Assembly (NCBI GenBank): GCA_964187785.1
Contig: OZ076409.1
Coordinates: 79,734,001-79,798,000, forward strand
Length of the DNA: 64,000 nucleotides
DNA from: Amphiscolops sp. MND2022
Lineage: Eukaryota
Direction of reading: 5' to 3'
The translations under genes and the position numbers were made by a program. Under the pieces are notes generated by a model, which worked only from the letters and a program-made list of their open reading frames with translations, made no database searches and was not told the origin of the DNA. Every line of letters starts with the position of its first letter. The stretch's first letter is position 1. This document shows positions 39,401 to 52,163 of this stretch, piece by piece.

Positions 39401-39933
39401 TAATCTATTGAAAAGAGTGAGATTTTAACTCGATTGACGAGATATTAACCGTATTTTAAACCCCCTGTATTTATTTGCCCCAGGGAAAGGCTCGGAAAAA
39501 CTATATTCCCTCGCTTGGACAGAAATTAAAGATAGAACTACAAGTTTTAAGAGAATGAACCAGAAAACCCGGTCAGTAAAAGAGTCAACTATAATAGAAA
39601 ATGATTGTTGTAAGTATATGCCACACCTCACTTTCCAAAAATCTTACTTGGGACTGAAAAAGAAAGACTTGATTTTTTTTCGTGTGTGAATAAAATTTGA
39701 AAAATGGGATCTGATAATGTTTTATGGGAATTTAAAATTAATTGAAAGAAAATTTACAAAGTGTGAAGTGATTTACTATTGTATTTCAAGCACTTGTTTA
39801 CAAATATAACAAAATTAGTTGATGAAACAAGGCTAAGATTACAACCTGACTGGACAGCGAATTAACCAATTAAAACCTCCCTAGTAATAGAATAAAATTT
39901 GAATAAACCTACTACTCAGGAGAGTAGTAGTCC

Positions 39934-39946
39934 AAGTAGGGGGGAA
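39934..39946 (+). promoter_or_regulatory. Polypurine tract
   Basis: AAGTAGGGGGGAA directly before the 3' LTR. Confidence 0.9.
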
Positions 39947-42900
39947 TGTAGGATTTTTGACTTTTTCGCCTGAAACATGGTGTTTATTAAATTTTATGCC
40001 CTCAGCAAGGTAGATGATCCCGGTGTGATATCTATGAATTTAAAGATAACAGTAAGTACTTCAAGTACCTCGCATTATTGTTTAATGTCAATACTATTGT
40101 ATTCAGCCCCGCGGACAACCAAAATAACCATTCTTAGCTGCTATGAAGCGGCCGCGCAACGTATTAATGCAGTAATACGGCCGCCACCACTCAGAACTGT
40201 GTAGGAAAATTCTAATCGAAAAGAAACTTTGACATCGAATTTCTCGGCAATTATTGCTAATACAAGAAAAATTAAACCACCGAAATGTTCCTATTTGACC
40301 TGACTACGTGTTGAGTAAACATTTAAGAACTTTAAACCAACGTATCCCCACAAAAATTGTACCTAAAGTCATCATTGACTGAGAATAGAGATTTAGCCAA
40401 ATTGCTATGTTAATACATGTGTTTGAGGGTAAGCGAGAGTGAAAACTCCGCCGTGTGCGTGAACAGCATAGAATGCAACTCAGCTAAGCGTGTCAGAAAG
40501 CGAAAGGAATGAAATTAAGAACGCGCTGTGAGTAGCTGTACACATAGCTAATAAGAAAACGGCCGCCGCACACTTTGGAATTATCCCCTCTCTTAATGCA
40601 AATTAAAAATCAAAACGCGATTTCTCAAAGATGGAAAAAGATATCGACAAACGGTTTTCAGCATTCGACAGCCCGCCCAAAGGAAAGCTTAAGTTGAGAA
40701 TATGAGCCCCGTGCAATGATGAGAACATATTTGGGGGAGCTTTGAAAATAAGTGCGTATAAAATGGTGACGATTTTCCAAAAATGAGTTTCCTTTAAAAA
40801 TTTTGTGTGATCGCTACAGTTGTCAGAAAAAGATTCGAATATGGCCTAAATTAAAGATAAATGAATGCCCTAACTTGTGTCAAATGGAAAATAAATAATA
40901 ATCAGTAGTTTTTGAGAACTGAGCCAGCAAACGTTAAAAACAGGCATAAAATGGCAAAATTAGCCGTTTTTCGCATGTTATCGCTTAGTACTCAACGAAT
41001 AAGCGCACAATAGCCGCCCCCTTCACAGCGTACTTGAGAATTGAAGTGGAGGAGTGAATAGAATAATAAATAGAGTGCTGCGGCGCGCTAGCGAAGAAAC
41101 CCCAAGATTTCAAAGTCGTGATTTCTTTCTGCCGATAGGGATGTCGTTCTACCAAAATACTAACTTCCCCCCTTCGCACGTTTTGGGCGATATCGAGCTG
41201 AAACTTTCAGGGTAGACGCACAAGACCCAGGCAAACAGCCTTTAGAGGGAGCGTTTTTCCGAAAAATGCCCTGGTTTCGAGATATTGGCCTCCAAAATTG
41301 AAAGTCCAGACATGAAAATCGGGAAAATGACTACTTTCAGAAAAAGTACTATCAAATTTTGTTGAAAAAAGATAGAGACCTCATCTAAAAAGCAAAATAC
41401 TTGTAATGGCTTGGGCTAGCGATGTATATAAGCCCCCACGCTGTATCTTTCAAATTGACTGAGTACGAGCCCTCCAAAGTTGAGAGTTTTGCAAATGTCA
41501 ACACGTGTTTTTTTTCTACCAAACTTTAAGGGCGTTTTTCATTGTGAAGGAGTTGAAATAGAAAGATAAAACTAAATAACGTTTTTGTAGCCCTTGGAAT
41601 GATCTTTCAAATGGGAAACATCTGGTTTTTGCCCTTAGAATGCGTAACACGGAGATTGACTTTTCAGGACATAAAATAAATTGCCTTTTAGGTCATTGTT
41701 AATTGCAGAGAGTTATTTCCTTCGGCCAGATTTAGCTGAGAGAGTTGTCAGGAACCGTGTGGGAAAAAGAGACCTGGCAAAAGGTGCAAATGTCAATCAG
41801 TAAGCCGAAGTTCAAGTCGTGCTTACAAAAGTGAAAAAAACTGAGTCAGTAGCACCGCCCCTTAAATTCTATTGAAAACGAAGTAAAACCACCAGTCATG
41901 ATTGACAAGGAGGTGGAACCAGGACTGACTTGTGATGAGAAAATGTACTCCTGATGAATTTGTGGTACCGAAGTAGGGAGAACTGTCTTACTCAATACTT
42001 AGTCAGGCCCCCAAAAAGGAAAGATGACAAATTACGAATACGTAAACGACTAAACTGCCGAAAAAGTAACTTTGGCCGAAGTGTGCGCCATTTTAGCGAC
42101 ACACACCGTGAGTTACAACCTAGAGAACAGTTTGACTTATTGTTGTGTCGGCGATTTTTATCTGCAGCTACAAGTGAGATGGAACTCCAAGACCTTGTTT
42201 TGAGATAACTTCGGAAAAGGACTTTGTCGTAAGTGAGGTGGAACTCCAAGACCTTCTTCAAGATCCTTAGCTTCAATCGTGAGTGAGGTGGAACGCCAAG
42301 ACCTTCGTTGAAGCGTTCCAATCGTGCGTGAGGCGAGACTCCAAGACCGTCGTTGGAACAAACTGTTGCAATCGCGAGTGAGGTGACTCCAATACCTCCG
42401 TTGTGGCACCCGTTCTCGAACCCTGTTCAATCGTGCGTGAGGTGAGAATCCAAGACCGTCGTTGAACATTCTTTTACTCTTAATCGTGCGTGAGGTGTTG
42501 GACTCCAAGACCGTCGTTAGGATACAATTGCTTTCACTCCAAGACCGATAGAGATTTGCGGCGAGTTGCTTTATTCGATATATTACTGATATCACTCTCT
42601 ATCCTCACGGATAACCAAAATCAACACCTTGCTAGAACCCTGCTTAACACTTGAATGTGTTATATGCCTTCTAGTATTAGCCGTAATATTCACCGTATTT
42701 ATCGATGTTACCTCATAGTACATTCTATTATTCGTGGTTGTGAAATTGTGTTTGTGTCTATTAATCGTCTTATATTATTATTTTGTATTAATTGATGTTC
42801 AAACTGCTCTTTTCATTCGTGAAAAGACCCCCTCGTATTTTTAACAGCCTAAGAGTAGCGAGACAAACCCCCGAGAAAGAGACCTGATAGCAAAGATAGT

Positions 42901-43099
42901 CAAAGAACGTGATTTCCTAGTCACACTTACTCCCACCGTCTTCAGCTGTATTGATTCGTCTTTGCATTTGAAGTTAAAATAAATTTATGTAGATACTCAG
43001 CCATTTCTTGTCTCGTGATTGGTACCTACGGGTTTAATTGAGTGGTAGTGGAGCAATCTTATGTATTGTTAAAGCTACCGTAATTCCAAAAATCTTACA
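39947..43099 (+). repeat. 3' LTR (3153 bp)
   Basis: Direct repeat of the 5' LTR, followed by TSD AACAC. Confidence 0.97.
42174..42546 (+). repeat. Repeat-spacer array, 3' LTR copy
   Basis: Same units and spacer order as 29953-30325, with a few substitutions. Confidence 0.9.
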
Positions 43100-43492
43100 A
43101 ACACGTCGAGAACTTTCACTAACTATTTATCGGAAATAGTTTGTCGTAACAAGGGAGCAAAAAAAATTTCAAAATGCCCTCAAAACCTTTTTGTCGTGTT
43201 TTCCTTGATATTATTCGTCACAGATTTCAACTACAGAAACAGTAGCTATACGGCAGAGTTCCGTATGAAAAATAAGAAGCTTTTTGTAAGTTCATTGAAA
43301 AAGCCACAAAGCGCTCCATAAATGCAAAAAGTTCTTTTCAAAAAATTTTTTGAATGAAAGTGCCATAAATGAATCAAATCTTTTATAACAATTGTCAAAA
43401 CTTTTAAGACAAATTGAATCATCTGAATTTTTGTGTCACCTTCGTAGTGTATCTATCAGCTACGCTCGAACCCTGAAATTATGTTGTCGCTA

Positions 43493-44302
43493 CCCTGGTC
43501 GAGAAAAAATGCGTTCCTTGCAAGGATCTTGCAAGATCCTTGTAAAAATGCAATTACTTGTAAGATCTTCCAAGGAAATTTGTTCCTTGCAAGATCTTGC
43601 AAGGAAATGTTTTCCTTGAAAGACCTTGCAAGGAAATGTTTTCCTTGAAAGATCTTGCAAGGAAATTTTTTCGTTGAAAGATCTTGCAAGGAAATGCTTT
43701 CCTTGCAAGATTCTTGAGTTCAATGTACTTCATACTGAGAAATTATGTTAAGGTAGTCGTGATTTGAGAATAATGTCAAAAACGTTAATAACTATTATTT
43801 CAGAAAGGTAATTTAACAAATTGAAAAATAATTTCAATCGAAACATTATGCACAGTCTATTTTCAAATCAATAACTGGTACATAACACAATTGGTTGGAA
43901 AAAATTTTCAGAATACTCTGAAACTGTATTTTAAATGTTGCGTCACTGAAATGTACTACTACTTTTCAAATAACTTCACTAAGATCACACTTTTAGAGAT
44001 ATTTTCTAGAGTTTGCATCTTTTTGGTGGTTGAATCCTCTAGTAAGTAAGCCCCGTTCTGTGACAGAATCTAATAGTCACGATGCAGTAGTCAACTTGAA
44101 GTCAAAAACAATGAATATAAAAAATAATAAAAATTGTCGAGAACCTTCCACGAAATTTTTCTCCTTGGAAGAATCTTGCAAGGAAATTTTTTTCTTGCAA
44201 GATTCTTGCAAGATGTCTTGGAGAAAAATGCATTATCTTGCAAGACCTTGAAAGAAAATCTTGCAAGATCCTTGCAAGGAACGCATTTTTTTTCAACCAG
44301 GG
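43493..44302. mobile_element. MITE with CCCTGG..CCAGGG long inverted termini and TA TSD
   Basis: ~45-bp terminal inverted repeats; TA on both sides; many TCTTGCAAGR subrepeats at both ends. Confidence 0.85.
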
Positions 44303-47300
44303 TAAAATAATTCAGGGCCGGAAGTTAAACACGGAAGATAAACCCGGATGATTGCTAAGCCATTGCTGAGCGGGTGTCTTGTTAGAATTAATGTTTGAGT
44401 TCATTTCTCACTTTTGTAACATTTCATTTGTACTATTGTATTGCGTGAGCAATGAATATTCATTATTGTCAAGTGTGATTTGGTATTCTTTATAAATTTA
44501 TTTGTTTGTTTATTTTCTAATTATATTTATAAGTTATTCATTTTTTGACACTCTTGTCTAAGACTCTTTATCAAAAGTCCGATCAAAAATTCAAAAGCTT
44601 TCTGTGAAGCAAGAATCAACAAGATTCTATCAAGGCTCAACAGGAATATGTAAGAATGCGCAAGATCTTGGCAAGAGTTTCAAGATAATTTGCATTGGAA
44701 ATCGTTAATCGATCTGCATTTGTTCACTTTTCTTTCTGATTTTTTAAAGCAATGGATTTCAGGTTACATTTGACCACAATGCGTAATCTCTAAGTTTTTT
44801 GGCAGTAATGCCCGTTGAATTGTGACTGTTCGATTTCAACACCGTTCGTTGAAAGGCGGAGAATTTGAGAGAAGGGGCGTTTCGCGCTTTTTCAGCCATG
44901 TGACATTCTAAGCCCGTATATATTACACTTGATTTGGCAAATGATATGTCTCATATGGTCCTTTTTGATATCACAGCCACAGTTTAAGAGCCTTCTCTGA
45001 ATTTTAATTTTTTGTCATGGTTAAAAATTTTCAATGATTTTTAGGCCCCCTTGGGAATATTTCGCCTGGTTGTTAAAGGGAGGCTTTCATTGAAAAGCTC
45101 ATTCGTTAAAATGTGGTGGCAGTTACCATTTATAAATTAACAAATTAATTTATGGATTTCGTACTTTTACATAATAAAAGGGAAGCCAAATTGTTTTGAA
45201 AATTTAAATTATATTTCCCTAAGCTACTGATTTTCTTCGCAAAATATCATAACGAAATATGGCTTTTAATTCCATATTTTATTATCAAATGTGCTAAAAG
45301 CTGTTTTGTTTAAAAACCTTATATTTCATTGCACAAAATTTTCATCTTGAATAATCCTTCTTTTCAGAAGTTGTTCATCTTCTTCATCTTCAAAGAAGCC
45401 ATATTGTAGTAGCCACTTTAACCATCAAATGAATTCATCCAATTCAAATGAAAAATCCTTTTCAATTGAAAAATCCTTTTAATTTCAAGTCTCATACTGG
45501 ACTTCAATTAATATCTTTTCAGTATAGGTCATGCAAAGGTCCTTGTAGAAATACCTTTGTTGCCTGTTGACACCATACGTCGCAGAATAAAAATACTTCA
45601 AATTCGCAGTGAATGGGGATTTCCGGTTACGCAGAATAGGTCATGGATTTTTATACTCTAGAATAATTTCCTATATTCGACCATTTTGCTGCTTCAAATG
45701 TCACAATCTAGTGCGTATTTGAAAGTTTTCTTTCTTTTAAATTAATCTATAGAAACATCTCTGGATTTTTCCGCCATTGATAAGCTTTTCAGACGGAATA
45801 CAACAGAGAATAAATTGCCATCGTTGGAAGCGTTGATTATATTGTTTTGATTATTTTTCTGTGTTTGACTATTTCAGATAGCACGGAACTCACAATGAAA
45901 AACAAACATATAATGTGATGCATTTTTTGGCATAGAAGTATTTACCAAAAACGTGATCAAATCTTTGATCTGTAGGTACAAGGCACTGTCAACTTTTACA
46001 GTCCTGGAAAGCTCAATTTCTGACACAAACGTGAATTCCAAGATCAACTCTCCAAAGGACAATTTTTCTTTTCGTCATTTTGATCATAATTAGCGATTTC
46101 CGATTTTTCTTTTACCGCTGTTTTGCAGCATCCATACTTCCCGCTTTTTGTGTTTGCGGGATTATTCCGTCATTAATTGCGCTGTTAAAAGCTCTCTGGA
46201 TATGGATATCAAGGTGTCCGTTCACTAAACAGAAAGCGTTGCATGCAGAAGTCAAATAGACGTGTGTACTAACCAGGATCATCTCTGATTGATTGAAATT
46301 CAAAACTAGACTCTAATTTCAGAGAAGTTGTGCTGAATAATTGCGTGATTTACTGTCAACTTTCAAACCCCCACCACAAAAACAGTTCGAACATAATTAC
46401 AGTAAAAAAAGTGAAAAAAAATGTTCAAACAAAAAACTATCCCAATGGAAGCTAACTTCCTGTTTTGGAAGATTTCTAAACAGCCCAGTTTGAAACCATT
46501 TTTGAATTTTTCCTTTGAACAAATTGATGGCGTGGGGGGGGGGGGTTAAAGAAGCATGGGGTCCGAATTGTATATGACAATAAATACTTAGAGAGATTAT
46601 GTCAATTTTTACTGGGGAAAGTTTCACTGGAAGATAATAGAAATTGACGATTATTCTAGTTGATACACATATAATTCAAATTTCTGCATGCAACGCTTTC
46701 TGCTTGGAACACTGGAACCGGATATCAACAATATCAACTGATTCAACTGCTCCTGACTGAAACTTCTGTCTCTGGTTGTGATGATTGTTTATCTACTTGC
46801 ATTCGCTCGTTAATATCTATCCCGATGTTTATGACGTTCACCTACCTGGTGACCAAAATTCGTTCGAAATACCGCAAAACATAACGGGGTTTTAAGGATT
46901 AGCATGTACCCGTAATCAGAAGAGAAGATGGAAAAGTAAAAAAAAACACCAACCCGAATACCCGAATTGACACCCACAACCCCGAAAAGCTACGATATTG
47001 TTAAATATAGCAAAGAAAAAGCAGAACGTGTCCTGATCCGCGGAAGATGCAACACGACTTTGTCCGGAACATTATAAACTTTGGAATATTTTATACATCG
47101 TAGATTATTCCGCAGGTCAGGGTCTCGCTGATGCTTTGATTCGTTGTTTTACTGGCTGAATCGCGGACCTTGATCTTCATATTGTTCATCAAATTTTGAT
47201 GATGTCTGATGTAGTAGATCTTTTTTTTCACTTGATACAGTCAATTTATTGTATTTTCCGGAATAACCGTTTGCCGACCTCGAATGAACACTCATAAACC

Positions 47301-47546
47301 ATATGATTCATTTTTACGTGCTTGATGAACGTGTCTGAAGCTAGAATGGGCCGGTATGTCGCCCATGAGCTTTGAAATAAGGAGCCTCCTCGACAATTGT
47401 AAAGTCCCCCTAGGAGACCATTTTTTGGCAAAACTACTGTTTAGGCTACTAGGCAACCTAGGTTAGTGTCTAGGCAACCTAAGCATCTTCCCAGGTCTAG
47501 ATTGTTCTCCTTTTGCTGGACGTTACATTCGTTTGAGCATCATTTG

Positions 47547-49266
47547 TTTAGTCGGCGCGTTTTCCTTTCAAGGAAAAATGCAAGACTCTTACTGTTACCT
47601 TTTTTTTCTCCAGACAACAGACCTCACACTGATGGGTCCACTTTTTAGAGAAACTCCTGAAACCACTAAGGCCAAGTCCGACGAAAGCAAACGTAGTGCA
47701 AAGGGTCCCCGTTTCATTTTTTTACTTTTTTAACGTAAAACCTACAAAACCGGACGAGACTAAACGGTCCCACCTTTTGATTTTTTGGCACTGTGCGACT
47801 TTTGTTTCAAAAAAGTTTCATGTCCCTAAAGGGTCCCTGCCGCAGGCTGCCGCATGCAATGGAAACTGGTATTCTGTCTCTTACAATCACTACGACACTC
47901 TCCCTGGGACGATCCCACTTGACTAAGGAAATTGGACATGCGGTTCAAAAAGAAACTACTAACTTTAATCCTGGAACTTTAGTGTTTTATTTTAATTTTA
48001 TAATGTTAATTTTGATTTCTTATTTTGTTATGCATGTAAATTGAATATAGTGTTGTTTTTTACGCGAGTAATTGATACATGTAAAGATAACTGGACACCA
48101 AGGCATACAGGCAAAGGAAACGGGTTCAAATGTTTCCTTGTCTGTCGCCTCGGACAACGCGTCCAATGTGCATTTTAGCCAACCAGCAGCGTTCATTTAT
48201 TAGTGCTACACTTGATTGAATTAAAGGCCGAGTACGGCCATTCTATTTATCTAGCGTACTATTCAGGACGGCGGGACACTGAGTCCCAATTTGAATTAAA
48301 GGCGCTGTTTAGTAAACACTGAAATATGATTAGGCCGTCCCCTTTAAAAATTCGATGAATTACTTAATTTCTGATTTGTCTTGAAACGTACGAATGCCCA
48401 ATAGTTATATAATATTTTCCATGCATAATATGATCACATGTAAAATATCATGAAGTAATACCCGTTTACATTGTTGCTTGTCCTTGAGGGACGCTTGTAT
48501 ATTCAATACGCCACCGTGTTTTATAAATTCACTGTCGGCGAGCGATTGCTTTGAAGTCAACCTATACCCATGACGTCATTGTGGCTAAAAAAGTCGGTGT
48601 TATTTTTAGGAAGCCCCTCAGGCTATTTTTAGTAAATGCCTCAGTAAAATTGCGAGCCAGGTAAACTCAGTATATAAATACCCGGGAACTCAAGTCCCGA
48701 CACAATTTGTTGAAACTACATACCGTTCAGTTAAACACCCGTTACTAATTTTGATTTGCAAGATAAAGTTTCAGTTTGATTCCTTTCTTGTAAAAATTTC
48801 TTATGCGTTCAACGAGGAGACAGAAAGCAAAAGCAAGGAGATCTAGAGAAATGGACATGATGTCTGATTTTGATATTTTAGACATAATGATAGGGAGTGA
48901 TAACATCAATCAAATTGAAAGAGATTTAGCTAGTGGTTTTGGAGAATCTTCAGTCCAAATGACACTGAGTCTAACGTACCAGCAAGGGAAGACTTTCCCA
49001 AGAAAACGAGCTTAGGAATAAGAATTATGGAAATAATATTCTTAGACATGAAGGCATTATGGATCATTAGAAACATTTACAAATGAAGTTAACTTGAGAT
49101 CATCCCAGGAAATGGATTCCATGATGTCGATGGTACATGCTCAGATCAATATGTGACATTTTCCGAAAGAAAAAAATATTCAATAAATTCAAATTTTTTT
49201 CAAAAAAATGTTCTGCGCTTTTTGAGCCTTATATATAGGGCCGACTTTAGACGTTCTCGTCTTGTT
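47547..49266 (+). mobile_element. HINE-like element containing a foreign 1.3-kb insert
   Basis: 5' TTTAGTCGGCG; 3' GGGCCGACTTTAGACGTTCTCGTCTTGTT. Interior 47830-49150 is homologous to 56.9-58.1 kb (minus strand). Confidence 0.5.
48803..49150 (+). pseudogene. Decayed paralogue of the 56520-57206 ORF
   Basis: MRSTRRQKAKARRSREMDMMSDFDILDIMIG versus MPSTRKQKAREKRSRQSDVMSDIENFDVMLG; TATATAAA at 48671. Confidence 0.7.
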
Positions 49267-49392
49267 GCTTTTGTCAAGTCCTTGACCTTTAGGTCATGTT
49301 TTTTTTAATATTCTGGGTCTATCCGGTCTTGATTTTTACTCCTTATCAAACGCCCTAGTTTTCAAAATCAGAAATAATAAAAGGTTCGATAA

Positions 49393-50224
49393 CCCAGGTT
49401 TTCAATCGTTGCGAATCTGTAAAGATCTGCAGGGTTTTGCAAAGATCGTTGCACTGAATCTTGAAGATCTATACAGATCTGCAAGATCTTTACAGAAGTG
49501 TGCAGATATGTTTTTCTGCAGCTTCTAAGGAACCAAAAACTGCATTTTTGGACTTCTTTAACTACTTCATCAACTATTTTAGCTGACCAAGGCTCAGTCA
49601 GTTGATACTCTCGATCACTCAAAATTCTCGAGAAGAAAAATTTGACCCCATCACGGTAGTTATGGTGACTGGAGAATGCGCCGTATTGGTTATACACCGT
49701 AATTTATCCATTTCACTTGAACTTTCGAGATGTGGTTGTTGAACTTTGAGAAGCTCGTTTGCCTCATTGACTTCGTTTTGACGGATGAAATTTGACATGT
49801 GGCAACCTTCTGGGTTGGTAGATGTGTTGATATAGTGTTGTTGTTGTAATAATTCGGGAACATGGTTTGTTGGAGTAGTTTTAATAATTTCTAGTAACTC
49901 GGAATACGTTATAGTGATTTACTGGTCATTGTTTGGATCTGTAAAGATCTGTAAAGATCTGCGAAACTCTACAGATCTGTACAGATTGCTGCAGAAAAAT
50001 GTTTAATAATTTTGACATAAATGAGACTTTTCTCGAGTTTTAAACATTTTTTTATTCGTTTGACATCGCTGTTTGGTTTTAGTGGGTTTCTGATAAGGTC
50101 ATTTTTCTTCGAATCTGCACATATCTGCAAAGATCTGCAAAAATCCTGCAGATCTGCACATATCTGCAAAGATCTGCAAAAATCCCGCAGATCTGCGCAG
50201 ATTCGCAAAGATCGAAAACCTGGG
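49393..50224. mobile_element. MITE with CCCAGGTTTTC..GAAAACCTGGG termini and 2-bp TSD (AA)
   Basis: Terminal inverted repeats; AA flanks; 10-bp AGATCTGCAR subrepeats. Confidence 0.8.
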
Positions 50225-50788
50225 AACCCTTTCTAGCTCTTTGTTCTTGTTTTCTGGGTGAAAGCGTTTCAGTCAAAATGATTCTTCATATTGAACGTTT
50301 TTTCAATTTTGTCTTTTGTTCCATGGTTGGGGTATCTTTTTTAGGTCACTATCTTTTTACATAAAATGTGCGATGTTAAGAAGTGCTTTCGCCACCATTG
50401 AAGTTCTGGAAATAGAGTACAGACTCCCAGTGGAGGCGGCAACCTGCGACACACACACGCAAACACTAAAAGTTCTACAAAACTATATCACGTTGTAAAC
50501 AGTTCAAAAATTGCACTTCTTTAATTTTTGCGTGTCTGTGTTTGGGGGGGGGCTTTTTGTGAAAAAACTAAATAACACCACACATACTTGTAGCATTATT
50601 TAAGTGCGATGCGTTTCCCTCTATAGTATTTTCCGCTAGTTACTACTTAACGACTACTTAAAATTTCAATCAGTTGTATTAGGCAAATTGTTTTTGACAA
50701 GTTTTCCCAGATTTGTTCAAAATGCCTCCTGTGCTTCATTTCACGTGATGAAGTACATGGAAAAGAAGTGATCATTTGCGACAAGGTT

Positions 50789-50924
50789 AACAAAAATGAA
50801 AGAAACGAACTTCTAAACAAACTTCTGTTTCCTGCTTCGCCGCCAATTTACCTTAATTAAGGTAAAATTGGCGGGGAAACAGGAAACGGACGTTTGTTTA
50901 GAAGTTCGTTTTCTTCTTTTTGTT
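50789..50924. repeat. ~135-bp imperfect palindrome centred on TTACCTTAATTAAGGTAA
   Basis: Left arm AAACGAACTTCTAAACAAAC..GCCAATTTACC; right arm GGTAAAATTGGC..GTTTGTTTAGAAGTTCGTTT. Confidence 0.85.
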
Positions 50925-52163
50925 TGTCGATAAAAGGTAACTTATAGGATAATTAGCGCCTTTTTTTTATTCTGTGCTATACTCCAGCGCCTATCCATGC
51001 ATTCCTGTGAGAGGAAAAACTCCTTCTCCTTTTATGGTGAATAAAACTTTTATAATTATGATGCGAAGAATGCCCAAGTGTGGAAATTATACTTTGAATT
51101 ATTCATTACATCTTGCTTATTTCGTTTCATGCGCCCCACGGGAAGCAATTGCACCAATAATTTTATTCCTCGCAAAGTAAACCTTCGAATGCAATGTCGG
51201 GGAATAAAAATTACAGCAATGGGAGAAATAAGGGAATTTTGTGGAAAGAAAAAGCGCTGGCCAGAGAAGTAGGGATACTGTAAATTTATAGTTGTATTTT
51301 CATTTGTAGGAGCGACGCAAATATTATATGAATAATTGAAGGGAGCAATAGGAGTTTCCATTGCTAATCAAAAACGCCTTTTTTCGAGAATTCAACACTC
51401 GATTCAACATCACCGCTCCTGGTTGCTTGTCCTTCTAGCGGTGGTGTAAAAAAAGGAAAATTAAGGAAAGAGTGATGAAAAAATAAACAAGTAAACAAGC
51501 GGCCACAAACACACGAGTGTGGCATAATACAGTCGACTAATTTTATCATCATCAATCTTTGCTTAGAGCGTAATTCCAAATGGCGTCTTGTCTCCAGCTA
51601 CTTCTAGATCCTTCAAAACTGAAAGCCTCCTTTGATGCAGGAAAATGCATTCACATTTTACAACAGCTCTGAATGTATTGGAATTATTATTTTAAACAGC
51701 CGCCAACGTCATCGACTCACAAACGGCCGTAACTTCAAGCTCAAATGAACACCAACCAAAATTGATTTGACCTACCATCCAATATTTTACACAATGAGGG
51801 AAAATTATGAATATATGGAATAAATCAATATTACTGACATTTGTATTATCTTTTTACATTTGCCAGGCTTTTTACCAGTCTTTTTACGTTTTTCCTACCA
51901 GAAATTGAGGAATTCTTTCTTCCAGTGACACAGCTGTACAGTTTTAAACAAATGGACGATTGACTTTACAGAAAAAATACAAGAAAAGACTGATAAAAAG
52001 GTAATAAAAAAGTCATGTGATTTCCAAATTGCAGACAAACTGCAACGCCTTCGACCATTAATCTTCATCGCGGTTCTTACCCAGTCTCAGAAATGGCAAC
52101 TTTAGTAGCCTTCTAATTCCTTTTATGGCCCAAGACTTCCAGTACTATTTTTGATTACCTTTT

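Larger units (their letters stand above)
27717..43099 (+). mobile_element. Full-length, decayed env-containing Ty3/gypsy LTR retrotransposon (endogenous retrovirus-like)
   Basis: Two TG..CA LTRs; TSD AACAC at 27712-27716 and 43100-43104; PBS; PPT; gag-PR-RT-RH-IN-env order. Confidence 0.97.

Noticed and set aside
49152..49158. TGTGACA as a second LTR-like terminus matching 56558
   Set aside because: Equally explained by the HINE internal motif (TATGYGAC), and the ORF is truncated earlier here, so it is not independent support.
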